Assembly (NCBI GenBank): GCA_963825935.1
Contig: CAWGUN010000010.1
Span: forward strand, 135,752-199,751
Length of the DNA: 64,000 nt
DNA from: an uncultured Bacteroidales bacterium
Lineage (GTDB): Bacteria; Bacteroidota; Bacteroidia; Bacteroidales; VadinHA17
Reading direction: 5' to 3'
A model generated the notes under the pieces. That model worked only from the letters and a program-made list of their open reading frames with translations. It did not search any database and was not told the DNA's origin. The position numbers and the translations under genes are program-made. This document shows, in pieces, positions 39,375-50,114 of this stretch; position 1 is the stretch's first letter, and the number at the start of each line of letters is the position of its first letter.

Positions 39375-40220
39375 TCAATGTATTCCGGAAAAAATCATTT
39401 TTACTGCTATGAAACCAAAGTATGCACCGAGTATGCACAGTAGCGCACCCATGCTGAAAACAATGCCATTTATGATTTTAATATTTATATGATGCCGGTA
39501 CTTTGTAATCAGGGAGGCCAGAACATAGAACCATATTATGCTGCCAACTGAAAGAAAAAAAGCATAGCAGGTGCTGATTAACAGATGAAAATGTTTGGAA
39601 AGCTTAACCGGATGTTTTTCCTGTCCCTGCTTATTCCATTCCCTGATCTTGTCGAATTGCGGATTATCGAAAACTCGCGGATTATCGATAATCTTTCCTT
39701 CAATGCTGGTCATCTCTTTCACATTCTGATTAATAATTGCATCCAGTCCGCCTGTATTAAAACCAAGGGACGCCAGAAAGGAGATCACAAAAAATGAAGA
39801 TGCAAGCCAGCCAAAAAAAAGGGTCGGATTGAGAAAATTAACCATAAATCCGGTATAGATTGCTCCCCTTTCTCTATGTGGGACCTTATATTCAGGATGT
39901 TCATCCTCAATGTGTTCTATATTGACTTTTGTTTTAAGGGTTTTATAACCAATATAGATAAGGAATAATGTGCCTGCCAGGAGAATATATGGCATTGCCG
40001 GTTTGTACACCGAGTAAAGTTTTGTAAGCCCGAAAACTGCAATGAAAACATAAAAGAAATCCGCAAAAGATGCCCCAACGGCTGCAAGGTTACAATAACG
40101 CATTCTGCCGTGCAACGCACTGGAAGTAATAAGAATACTTACCGGACCGGCAATAGGCATGGAAAAAATAAAACCTGCCAATAAACCAGCAACCGCCATC
40201 GTAATTAAAATTCCTGTCAT
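39375..40220 (-). CDS. LysE family translocator
   Basis: SMPIAGPVSIL, GASFAD, TGFMVNFLNP; hydrophobic; long hydrophilic insert in the second half. Confidence 0.8.
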   Translation of the reverse strand: MTGILITMAVAGLLAGFIFSMPIAGPVSILITSSALHGRMRYCNLAAVGASFADFFYVFIAVFGLTKLYSVYKPAMPYILLAGTLFLIYIGYKTLKTKVNIEHIEDEHPEYKVPHRERGAIYTGFMVNFLNPTLFFGWLASSFFVISFLASLGFNTGGLDAIINQNVKEMTSIEGKIIDNPRVFDNPQFDKIREWNKQGQEKHPVKLSKHFHLLISTCYAFFLSVGSIIWFYVLASLITKYRHHINIKIINGIVFSMGALLCILGAYFGFIAVKMIFSGIH

Positions 40221-40373
40221 TAAAAGATGCTGATTTTTTTGATTTTCATCGTTAAAATCAATTGTAAAGTTAACAATGATTTCATTGATAAAAAGAGTAC
40301 TAATATCAATTTAAATTAAATTTGCTGAGGCGGAAAATGTTTCCCCAATAAATAAATAATTATAAATTTCAGC

Positions 40374-41246
40374 ATGAAAGTTACCGGCTTCACATTCATA
40401 CGGAATGCAGTCAAATATGATTACCCTGTATCAGAAGCGATAAGATCGGTATTACCTCTTTGTGATGATTTTGTGGTTGCTGTCGGAAACTCGGACGATT
40501 ATACTGAAGAGCTTGTTCAGAGTATTGACAGACAAAAAATTAAGATAATAACCAGTATCTGGGACGACTCACCGGAAATGAAGAGCGGAGGGAAAATCTT
40601 TGCCGTGGAAACGAATAAAGCTTTCAAAGCTGTTCCGGATGATTCAGACTGGGCTTTTTATATCCAGGGCGATGAAGTCATTCACGAAAAGTATCTTGAT
40701 TCAATTCATTCGGCAATGGTAAAATGGAAAGATGATGCCAGGGTCGATGGTCTCCTGTTCAACTATTTGCACTTTTATGGCTCATACGATTATGTTGGTA
40801 TTTCTCCCCAATGGTACAGGAATGAGATCAGGGTAATAAGAAATGATAAATCAATTTATTCTTTCAAAGATGCCCAGGGTTTCAGGAAAGGTGAAAACAA
40901 AAAACTTAATGTGAAGCAGGTAGAAGCTTTTGTTTATCATTACGGGTGGGTGAAGGAACCGGCATTAATGATTAAGAAAATAAAGAATGCAATATCATTT
41001 TATAATGAAATCGACTGGAAACTAAAGCCAGAAACTGACCAGGGATTTGATTACTCTGCAATAGATGCGCTGAGCTTATTTACAGATTCGCACCCCAGGG
41101 TTATGGAAGACCGGATAAAACGTAAAAACTGGACATTTAGTCATGATATGTCATTCAACAGGCTGTCGTTCAGGCATAAAACGAAGATTTTCTTAAAAAG
41201 ATATCTCGGTATAAATACCTTCTATGAAAACTTCCGGATAATCTGA
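40374..41246 (+). CDS. Glycosyltransferase family 2-like protein
   Basis: GFTFIRNAVKYDYP, DWAFYIQGDE, VYHYGWVK. Confidence 0.85.
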   Translation: MKVTGFTFIRNAVKYDYPVSEAIRSVLPLCDDFVVAVGNSDDYTEELVQSIDRQKIKIITSIWDDSPEMKSGGKIFAVETNKAFKAVPDDSDWAFYIQGDEVIHEKYLDSIHSAMVKWKDDARVDGLLFNYLHFYGSYDYVGISPQWYRNEIRVIRNDKSIYSFKDAQGFRKGENKKLNVKQVEAFVYHYGWVKEPALMIKKIKNAISFYNEIDWKLKPETDQGFDYSAIDALSLFTDSHPRVMEDRIKRKNWTFSHDMSFNRLSFRHKTKIFLKRYLGINTFYENFRII

Positions 41247-41389
41247 ATCACTAAAATATTTAGTCAAACCCTGACCCTGTCCGGGAGAGAACCCTCTAAT
41301 TTGTTTCAGGGATGATAAAAAAAAATTCCTTATATTCTTATTACTAAGTTTTTATTAACTTTGATTTGTAAACAATATAATTATAGATT

Positions 41390-41845
41390 ATGAAAAAAAT
41401 TCTATTAACATTAGTTTTAGCTTTAACTGTTGTTGCTCTGGCTAATGCCCAGGATTATAAGACAGGTATTGGTTTACGCGGCGGTTGGGGCTATGGACTG
41501 ACGGTCAAGCATTTTATTAGTGAGAAATCTGCCCTTGAAGGCATCCTCTCATCCAGATGGAGCGGCTTTGAAGTAACCGGATTGTATGAGATACATAATC
41601 GGGCATTTGATGTCGACAGATTAAACTGGTATTTTGGAGGCGGGGCACATGTTGGCTTTTATGGAAATAATTACCCGGGTGGTAATGTGACGGTAGTCGG
41701 TATTGATGGTATATTAGGACTTGAATATAACTTTAAAGAGGTGCCAATCAATCTCAGTCTTGACTGGAAACCCGCATTCAACTTTGTAGGGTATAGTCAT
41801 TTCTTCGGCGATGGCGGTGCTTTCTCGATCAGGTATATCTTCTAA
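41390..41845 (+). CDS. Small outer-membrane beta-barrel protein
   Basis: Signal peptide ANA-Q; GIGLRGG, WYFGGGAHVG, SLDWKP; C-terminal IRYIF. Confidence 0.85.
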   Translation: MKKILLTLVLALTVVALANAQDYKTGIGLRGGWGYGLTVKHFISEKSALEGILSSRWSGFEVTGLYEIHNRAFDVDRLNWYFGGGAHVGFYGNNYPGGNVTVVGIDGILGLEYNFKEVPINLSLDWKPAFNFVGYSHFFGDGGAFSIRYIF

Positions 41846-41879
41846 TTATTAAAACTGGCAAACCAGTATAATAAATATT

Positions 41880-41908
41880 AAAGGGGCTCCGGAGAAGTCC
41901 CTTTTTTT
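41880..41908 (+). terminator. Probable intrinsic terminator
   Basis: AAGGGGCT-loop-AGTCCCTT stem followed by a T tract, downstream of the OMP gene. Confidence 0.6.
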
Positions 41909-41996
41909 ATTTATGCCGGCTGATAAATTAAATTTATTATTTCAAACGTAATGTTTAATTTTAGAATCATTGAATTCTAATTAAACCTGATCTAAA

Positions 41997-43187
41997 ATGA
42001 AAAAGATCCTTTTTGCAATATTATTAATTGCGCTTGTGCCGTTTTCGGCATTCTCACAGAACAAATTCAACGGGCTCGACATGAATATGGGAAACCTCTA
42101 CAGGTTATCCGATGCTAAAACCCGCTCGATAAGCCCTGAAAATTTTACAGGTGAAAAAGGAAAAGCCGGAATGGCCGATCCTGTTGCCGACAAGGATAAA
42201 CCAAATGTGGCAAATGCTTCAGGTGCAGCACGCGACCTTGGACAGGGATGGAAAGTAAATCCATATATCAGGATTAAACCCGGTGAAACATTTACCCTTG
42301 CTGAAATTGACGGACCAGGTGCTCTCCAGCATATCTGGATGACTCCGGCCGGAAAATGGCGGTATAACATCCTGCGAATATACTGGGATGGCGAAACTGA
42401 ACCTTCAGTCGAGTGCCCGGTAGGCGATTTCTTCGCAATGGGATGGGGAAGTTATGCTCCCCTTTCTTCCCTCGCAGTTTGCGTCAACCCGGGAAGCGCC
42501 TTTAACTGTTACTGGGCAATGCCTTTCAGGAAGAAATGCAGAATAACAATGGAAAATACCGGCGATACCGACCCAATGACTCTTTATTACCAGATCGATT
42601 ATACAACTACGGAAGTCCCTGCTGATGCCGGTTATTTCCATACCCAGTTCCGCAGGCAGAATCCGGATCTCACATCTGATTATACTATTGTTGACGGTAT
42701 AAAAGGGAAAGGCCAATATGTCGGTATCTATCTTGCTATAGGAGTAAACAATAACGGATGGTGGGGCGAAGGCGAAATAAAATTCTTCCTCGATGGCGAT
42801 ACAAAATTCCCTACGATCTGCGGAACAGGAACTGAAGACTATTTCTGCGGATCATACGATTTCGATACAAACAAAAAGAATGCAGCAGGTGTAACAGAGT
42901 CAAATTATACAGAATTCTGCACTCCATATTCAGGCTTGCACCAGGTAATCAGAGGCGACGGTCATTATAATGTTATGCAGCGTTTTGGCCTTTACCGATG
43001 GCATATAATGGACCCTGTTCGCTTCGATAAAGACCTGAAAATCACTATTCAGGATCTCGGATGGCACCAGGGTGGCAGGTATCTTGCCCAGAAATCAGAT
43101 ATAGCATCGGTATGCTACTGGTACCAGACTGAACCTCATGCTAAATTTCCGGCTATTCCCACATGGCGGGAATTGGAGGTATATTAG
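41997..43187 (+). CDS. Glycoside hydrolase family 172 (DUF2961)
   Basis: TRSISPENFTGEKG, PSVECPVGDFF, WWGEGE, GTGTEDYF, YRWHIMDPVRF. Confidence 0.9.
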   Translation: MKKILFAILLIALVPFSAFSQNKFNGLDMNMGNLYRLSDAKTRSISPENFTGEKGKAGMADPVADKDKPNVANASGAARDLGQGWKVNPYIRIKPGETFTLAEIDGPGALQHIWMTPAGKWRYNILRIYWDGETEPSVECPVGDFFAMGWGSYAPLSSLAVCVNPGSAFNCYWAMPFRKKCRITMENTGDTDPMTLYYQIDYTTTEVPADAGYFHTQFRRQNPDLTSDYTIVDGIKGKGQYVGIYLAIGVNNNGWWGEGEIKFFLDGDTKFPTICGTGTEDYFCGSYDFDTNKKNAAGVTESNYTEFCTPYSGLHQVIRGDGHYNVMQRFGLYRWHIMDPVRFDKDLKITIQDLGWHQGGRYLAQKSDIASVCYWYQTEPHAKFPAIPTWRELEVY

Positions 43188-43291
43188 AATGGTGCAATGG
43201 TGCAATGGTGTAATGGTGCAATGGTGCAATGGTACAACGGTACAATGGTGTAATGGTGTAATGGCACAATGGTACAACGGTACAACGGTAA
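43188..43291 (+). repeat. Intergenic tandem array of 13 degenerate 8-bp units (approximately AAYGGYRY)
   Basis: AATGGTGC x4, AATGGTGT x3, AATGGTAC x2, AACGGTAC x2, AATGGCAC, AACGGTAA; starts immediately after the GH172 stop codon. Confidence 0.95.
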
Positions 43292-43301
43292 AAAAAATAA
43301 A

Positions 43302-45831
43302 ATGGTAAGAATACATAAGACTTATCTGGTTGCCGGATTGATATTGAGTCTGGTAGTTTATTCCTGCTCACAGAAGAATTCCGTTACGGAAAATAATGGT
43401 CACCAGTTTAACGGTTATTATTCCGGTGAATACCTTAACCGGATTGCATTCCCCATAGGCGGTATCGGAGCAGGAATGTTTTGCATTGAGGGCACAGGGG
43501 CGATTTCACATATGTCGGTAAGAAACCATCCTGAAGTTTTCAATGAACCCTCTATGTTCGCAGCTATTTCAGTAAAGGGTTTTAAAAACGGAACAAGGAT
43601 TATTGAAGGGCAGGTACCTGCCTGGAAGCACTTTGGCCTGCCTGGTTCAGGAAATGGTTCATCGGGAGCTACCTGGGGACTTCCGCGTTTTGAAAATGCA
43701 CGTTTCCTTGCCAGATTTCCCTTCGCATCCATGGAACTAAGCGACAAGGATATCCCGCTTGATGTACAGATTAAAGCATGGAGCCCATTCATTCCAACCG
43801 ATGCGGACAATTCCAGCCTCCCGGTGGGATCGATTGAATATTCATTTAAAAACACCAGCCGCTCAGAAATTAAGGCTCTGTTTTCATATAATTCCAGAAA
43901 CTTCATGAGGCAGTCAGGAGGAATAGCCACAATCAAACCTATCGCCGGAGGCTATATACTGTCAGAAGCGGGTACAAAAGAGAATCCGGAAAAACAGGGG
44001 GCCTTTGCAATATTTACAACTGAACCAGGAACTGTTGTGGACCATTGCTGGTTCAGGGGAGGATGGTGGGATCCGCTCACAATGACCTGGAATACAATAT
44101 TAAAAGGAGAAACCAGGAGCACTCCGGCATTGGAAACGGATGCTCCCGGCGCATCACTTTATGTACCTTTAACAATAAATCCCGGAGAAACAAAAGTTGT
44201 CAGATTAATGATGGCATGGTACGTACCGAATACTAGATATGAAGTATGGAGAGGATTCTAAAGAACCTGATGATGAGTCATGTACCGACCCGACTTGTTC
44301 ATGCCATGATCCATATTACAAGCCATGGTATTCAGTAAAATTTTCAAGCATAAATGAGGTTGCAGACTTCTGGAAAACAAATTATAAAGACCTTCTTGAT
44401 AAATCACAGTTATTCAGTGATGCCTTTTATAATACTACTCTTCCTCCGGAGGTTATTGAAGCAATAACTGCCAACCTTACTATTCTGAAATCCCCGACCG
44501 TCCTGCGGCAGACTGATGGCAGACTCTGGAGTTGGGAGGGGTGCGGTGATAATTCAGGATGCTGCACCGGATCCTGCACTCATGTATGGAACTATGCACA
44601 GGCAATACCCCATCTCTTCCCGAAACTTGAACGGACACTTCGCGAGACTGAGTTCTTCCCAAGCCAGGATAAGGAAGGGCATCAGACCTTCAGATCCGCA
44701 CTGCCAATCAGGCCTGTTGCCACAACTTTTTATGCGGCATCAGACGGTCAGCTTGGGGGAATTATGAAGATGTACCGTGACTGGCATATCAGCGGCGATC
44801 CAGAATGGCTAAAGAAAATGTACCCAAAAGTGGTTGAGAGTATGGATTATTCAATACGAACCTGGGATCCACGTTCCACAGGCACACTGGAAGAGCCTCA
44901 TCATAATACATACGATATCGAGTTCTGGGGTCCGGATGGTATGTGTACAAGCTTCTACCTTGGTGCCCTGAAAGCTATTTCCGAAATGGGCAGATATCTC
45001 GGAAATGATGTTTCGAAATATGAGGCCCTCTATCTGAAAGGTAAAAAGGCAATTGAAAATGACCTGTTTAACGGTGAATACTTTTTCCAGAAGATAAAAT
45101 GGCAGGGACTTACTGCACCTGATCCGGTAACCTCATCAAAGGGCTCCTGGAACTCTGATTATTCCGAAGAAGCTCTGACCCTGCTTCAAAAGGAAGGTCC
45201 AAAATATCAGTATGGAACAGGCTGTCTGTCTGATGGCATTCTTGGCGACTGGATAGGGGAGGTATGCGGACTGAAGAACATTGTTGATTCATCAAAAGTA
45301 GCCAGTCATTTGAACTCAGTATTTAAATATAATTTCAGAAAAGATCTTACAGATCATTCCAATCCCCAGAGACCTTCATACGCCCTTGGAAATGAAGGAG
45401 GCCTTCTGCTCTGCACCTGGCCAAAAGGAGGGAAGCTCTCTCTTCCATTTGTTTATTCTGATGAGGTTTGGACAGGGATTGAATATCAGGTTGCCTCGCA
45501 CCTCATGATGATGGGTGAAGCAGAGAAAGGACTTGAAATTGTCAGGACAACCAGGAACAGGTACGACGGTAAAGTCAGAAATCCTTTCGATGAGTATGAA
45601 TGCGGCCACTGGTATGCAAGGGCAATGTCGAGCTATGGCATGCTTCAGGGACTGACCGGAGTGCGTTATGATGCAATTGAACAGGTGATGTATATTGATT
45701 CCAGGGTTGGCGATTTTACCTCATTCATTTCAACCAATTCAGGATTCGGCAATATCGGTCTGAAAAACGGAAAGCCTTTTTATAAAAATGTTTTTGGAGA
45801 AGTTGTGATAAAAAATTTTATTATAGATTGA
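43302..45831 (+). pseudogene. GH116 family beta-glycosidase lipoprotein split by a +1 frameshift near 44235 (pseudogene or sequencing error)
   Basis: N part (lipobox VYSC; AFPIGGIGAG; WSPFIP...SSLPV) ends at 44261; C part (GSCTHVWNY, DGQLG, HNTYDIEF, EVWTGIEY, ECGHWYARAMSS) is in another frame; removing one base from AAT ACT A GAT ATG joins them as VPNTDMKYG. Confidence 0.8.
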
Positions 45832-45839
45832 TCATTAAT

Positions 45840-47024
45840 TCATTTTAGAAGTGTAATAGCAACTTCTGATCCCTTTCTTTCTGCTGACAGATAACCGGCA
45901 TAGATTGTTGCTATGACATCTGATGCCAGGCTGCTGTTACTTTCCACCGGTTCGCCGAAAGCAGCAGAGCGATAGAATGCTTCCATCTCGTGCTGGTATC
46001 CTGTGAACCAGCTTTCATCAGGTGATACTGACGACCAGCCTTGCTTAGTTTCTGTTTTTTCAACGATATATACGTCCTTAAAGTGTTTTTCATCAGGAGT
46101 ATACGTCTGCATTGCATTGTTTGGGCTGATATTGCAGACAGTACGGTGGTTATTTGTATTTATTTCAATCCAGTTGTGAACGCCTCCCATTACAAGCTCA
46201 CTTGCAAAAATATCGGCAAATGTCCCGTCTTCAAAAATGACATGAAGCATCGCAAAGTCTTCGATATCTTTATAGGTGGTTCGCAGATGTCCGCTATCAC
46301 GATAACCTGGCATGCGGGTAACAACGTGAGTCCGGGCAGTTATAGCTGACGGCCTTATTGATTTACCGGAATTTACTTTTCCTTCAACCTGTTTAAAATA
46401 GAGTGCTGCTGAGAGAGGGTGGCACCCTTTTCCGATCATTGATCCTCCGCCGGAGAACTTCCATTGGCCATAAGTCATTGAGTGAGAGCCGGAATGTGAT
46501 TCCTCACCATGCATCCATAAAATCTGGGCTTTAGTTTTTTCTATGAGCTCGCGTTCTTTCTGGACTGCCGGGGCATAAATCCAGTTTTCAGCATACATGA
46601 TCTTTCCCCGGCTCTTCTTCTCTGCTTCAGTCATCCTTTTTAAGCTTTCGAGCGTATGCCTGAGTCCTGTTTCACGGGGGAATTTATCACCATTAAAGTT
46701 TTCGCTTCCATCTCCAAAATAACCAGTAAATGGTTTTTCGACTATCACGTGCCTGTTCTTCTCCAGGGCAGCTATTACGATTGGTTCATGAGTAGAAGGA
46801 GGTGTGCAAACATGCACTAAATCACAATCATCAATTAAAGCTTCGAGGTTTTTATATGCTTTCAGATTACGGGGTTCTATAAATAGTCTGAGTCGTTCCT
46901 GTGCAGGTGAAAATGATCCTGCAATTTCGACCTTTACAGAGAAAATACGCTGCAAAGCTTCGTAATGGAATTTAGCAGCAAAACCGGAACCGACAATTCC
47001 GCATCGAATGATTTTTCCTGGCAT
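45840..47024 (-). CDS. Gfo/Idh/MocA family oxidoreductase (cytoplasmic)
   Basis: GIVGSGFAA, CTPPSTH, VEKPF, YAENW, GGGSMIGKGCHP. Confidence 0.88.
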   Translation of the reverse strand: MPGKIIRCGIVGSGFAAKFHYEALQRIFSVKVEIAGSFSPAQERLRLFIEPRNLKAYKNLEALIDDCDLVHVCTPPSTHEPIVIAALEKNRHVIVEKPFTGYFGDGSENFNGDKFPRETGLRHTLESLKRMTEAEKKSRGKIMYAENWIYAPAVQKERELIEKTKAQILWMHGEESHSGSHSMTYGQWKFSGGGSMIGKGCHPLSAALYFKQVEGKVNSGKSIRPSAITARTHVVTRMPGYRDSGHLRTTYKDIEDFAMLHVIFEDGTFADIFASELVMGGVHNWIEINTNNHRTVCNISPNNAMQTYTPDEKHFKDVYIVEKTETKQGWSSVSPDESWFTGYQHEMEAFYRSAAFGEPVESNSSLASDVIATIYAGYLSAERKGSEVAITLLK

Positions 47025-47032
47025 TATTCAGG

Positions 47033-49142
47033 TTATTTCAGCTTTTTAATTCCCATATTCCACAGCGTAAAGCTGTACATATCAGCATACTGCTCAATTG
47101 ATTTGGTCACGGGTGTCCCGGCACCATGACCAGCCTTTGTCTCAATTCTTATAAGGACCGGGTTTGTGCCTGCCTGTTTGGCCTGGAGCTGGGCTGCAAA
47201 TTTGAACGAATGGGCAGGAACAACCCTGTCATCGTGATCTCCTGTGGTTACAAGTGTTGCCGGATATTTTATCCCTTCCTTTACATTTTGAACCGGAGAA
47301 TATTTCAGAATATAATTAAACATTTCAGGGCTGTCATCGGCAGTGCCATAATCATATGCCCAGCCGGCTCCTGCTGTAAATTTATGATACCTGAGCATAT
47401 CCATCACACCAACGGCCGGCAAAGCAACCCTGAACAGTTCCGGTCGTTGTGTCATTACAGCTCCTACAAGAAGCCCTCCGTTTGATCCGCCTCTGACAGC
47501 AAGAAAATCTGATGAAGTATATTTATTGTCAATCAGGTATTGGGCAGCTGCAATGAAATCATCAAAAACATTCTGTTTGTTCATTTTTGTCCCGGCAAGG
47601 TGCCACTTCTCACCATATTCACCACCTCCTCTGATATTTGCCACAGCATAAATACCACCAAGTTCAAGCCACATTGCAGTGGTTATTCCGAAACCCCGGT
47701 GTTGTGCTGGAGTTGAATCCTCCATAACCATAAAGAATGGTCGGATTTTTACCGTTCCGTATAAGGTCTTTTCTATAAGTTATAATCATCGGAACACGGG
47801 TGCCATCTTTGGAATTATAAAAAACCTGTTCCGATGTATATTCATCACCATTGAATTCTACCACAGGCTTTTTATAAATCCGGGCATCTCCCGACTGCGG
47901 ATCCATTTTATAAATGGTTGAAGGGGTAGTGTAATTTGTGAATGAATAGTATATCTCTTTATCATCTTTTTTCCCTCCGAATCCGCCTGCGCTCCCGATA
48001 CCGGGCAGTGCAATTTCGCGAACCAGTTTACCAGTCCTGTCATATTGTTTGACTTTTGAGATAGCATCAACAAGGTAGTTGGCAAAAAAGTATCCGGCAC
48101 CGGATGAAGGCTGAAGGACATTTTCTGTCTCAGGGATCAGATCGTTCCAGTTTCCGACTCCCGGATTCTCAGCATCTGCCATTACGATTTTACCGTTGGG
48201 AGCATTCATGTTAGTGACTATAAACAGCCTGGAGCCATCATTGTCAATGACATAATGGTCGTTATCAAAGTTGTCCACAACAATTTTAAAATCACCTGTT
48301 TTTCTGGTCAGATCTTTGATATAGAGTTCATTGCCCGTCGTAGATATAGAAGCTGACACAACAAGATACCTCTGATCCTCTGTGACAGAACCACCTACAT
48401 ACCTCCTCACCTTGTCGGCCCCGAACACAATTTTATCCTCTGACTGTTTTGTCCCAAGTTTATGATAATATAGTTTATGATGATCGGTCATTGCAGTCAG
48501 CTGGCTTCCTTTAGGTTTATCATAACTTGAATAGTAAAATCCTTCGTTCCACTGCCACGATATGCCGCTGAACTTAACGTCAATAAGAGTATCGCCGATA
48601 ATTTCTTTTGAAACAGCATCCATTACGATCACTTTGCGCCAGTCAGAACCTCCTTCAGAAATTGAGTAAGCAACTTTGCTTCCGTCTTTTGAAAATCCCA
48701 TCTCCCCGAGTGATGTGGTGCCATCGGCCGAGAAGGTGTTTGGATCAAGGAACAGCTCAGGTTCAGCACCATCTTTCTGACGGTAATAGACATATTGATT
48801 CTGAAGGCCGTTATTTTTTGCGAAGTATGTATATTCACCCTCGTTGAAAGGCATGGTAAACTTTTCGTAATTCCACATTTTTGTAAGATGTTCCCTGATC
48901 TGTTCCCTGTAAGGTATTTTACTGAGATATCCGAAAGTCAACAAATTCTGCTCCTTAACCCATTCTGCTCTATCTTCTGACTTATCATCCTCAAGCCAGC
49001 GGTAAGGATCGGGAACCGGCGTGCCAAAAATAGTATCTACTACATTACCTTTTTTTGTGATCGGGTAGCTTAGTTTCTCATTGGAATTGTTTCCGCAGGA
49101 AGTCAATAAGATGACTGCTGAAATGAAAAGGATCAGTTTCAT
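47033..49142 (-). pseudogene. Prolyl oligopeptidase (S9A) lipoprotein split by a +1 frameshift in a G4 run at 47694-47697
   Basis: DPYRWLED, SEGGSDW and [10 protein letters not shown] in the N part; [17 protein letters not shown] (Ser), DHDDRV (Asp), AGHG (His) in the C part; CCG GGG TTT C -> CCG GGT TTC restores [14 protein letters not shown]. Confidence 0.85.
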
Positions 49143-49235
49143 TGAATGTTTGTACATAGGTGGGTATATTAAATTGGTGAATCCAACAGTTATTAAATCA
49201 AATTTAGTCAATTGGAATCAAAAACGCAATGAGAT

Positions 49236-49958
49236 TTATCGGGCTTTAAGGTATTTAAGATTTTCCTGGATAATCAGAGCAATCATCTTCTGTCCATCTT
49301 CATTCAGGTGGACCCCGTCGATAGTAAGATTTCTGAAAACAGGCAGCAATATACCGAAGGTATTAATGAACTGAACATTTTCATTTTCAGCGATTCTCCG
49401 TAGCTCTTCATTAAGCCTTGTAACACGGTCCAGCCCTCCTGTATACTTTTCTCCAAGCATATCATCGGGTCCGAATGGCGGCGGAGAAACCATAAATATT
49501 ACCGGTTTATCTTTATGATTCTTTGCTTTCTTTCTGATTTCAGTTATAAGTTTTCGCATGTTCTCAGGAACATATGACAGGGAATCTTTAAAGACTGCTT
49601 TGCAGTCATTAGTACCAAGCATGATTATGATATTATCAATTTTTCCAAGCCTGGTATAAGCTTTATCCATGTAAGCTCCGATGCTGGAAAGCGTATTCAA
49701 TGACCTGCGTCCCAGGTTATTAAATCCTATTGTAGCCCCGGATACGGAGATATTATAAATCGTATCGTTAGGTCTGATCTTTTTCAGCTGATAAACCCAA
49801 CCATCTCTGAGTGCCCCGTTTGAATCACCTAAAGCCAGTATTTTTAATGGTTTTCTTGTCGCCTGCTTCCCGGAATTATTTTCAGCTTCGAATTGAGGAT
49901 TTCCTGGCAGGTGAAGCGACATCACTACAAATAACAGTAGAGTGAATAACTTATGCAT
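49236..49958 (-). CDS. SGNH/GDSL hydrolase
   Basis: LGDSN block I, SGAT block II, LGTND block III, DGVH block V; signal peptide. Confidence 0.9.
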   Translation of the reverse strand: MHKLFTLLLFVVMSLHLPGNPQFEAENNSGKQATRKPLKILALGDSNGALRDGWVYQLKKIRPNDTIYNISVSGATIGFNNLGRRSLNTLSSIGAYMDKAYTRLGKIDNIIIMLGTNDCKAVFKDSLSYVPENMRKLITEIRKKAKNHKDKPVIFMVSPPPFGPDDMLGEKYTGGLDRVTRLNEELRRIAENENVQFINTFGILLPVFRNLTIDGVHLNEDGQKMIALIIQENLKYLKAR

Positions 49959-49978
49959 CTGATACTTATTAATAATAT

Positions 49979-50090
49979 AAAATCCATTAACCGCAAAGGT
50001 CGCAAAGCTTTACGCAAAGGTCGCAAAGATCTGAAAAGCTTTTTTAACTTTGCGTACTTTGCGCATTCTTAGCGTACTTTGCGGTTAAAA
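49979..50090. repeat. REP-like palindromic element family A, copy 2 (opposite orientation)
   Basis: AAAATCCATTAACCGCAAAGGTCGCAAAG...CTTTGCGGTTAAAA; reverse complement aligns with 5727-5840. Confidence 0.85.
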
Positions 50091-50114
50091 AAACCTTTAT
50101 AAATAGCCCCAATC

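Noticed and set aside
38684-39443. Twin small ORFs MTIQNAFVV... (38684-38866, 39213-39443)
   Set aside because: Alternative-frame readings of the duplicated DUF362 3' end with TTG starts
43188-43291. CRISPR array
   Set aside because: Contiguous 8-bp units with no spacers; no cas genes
43095-43371. Short His/Cys/Pro-rich minus-strand ORFs (PLHHCT repeats) as metal-binding peptides or RiPP precursors
   Set aside because: They are translations of the 8-bp DNA repeat and overlap real genes on the opposite strand
44221-47705. Programmed ribosomal frameshifting in the GH116 and prolyl oligopeptidase genes
   Set aside because: Both lesions look like +1 insertions in families not known to be recoded; no canonical slippery site in the right frame with a stimulatory structure was evident
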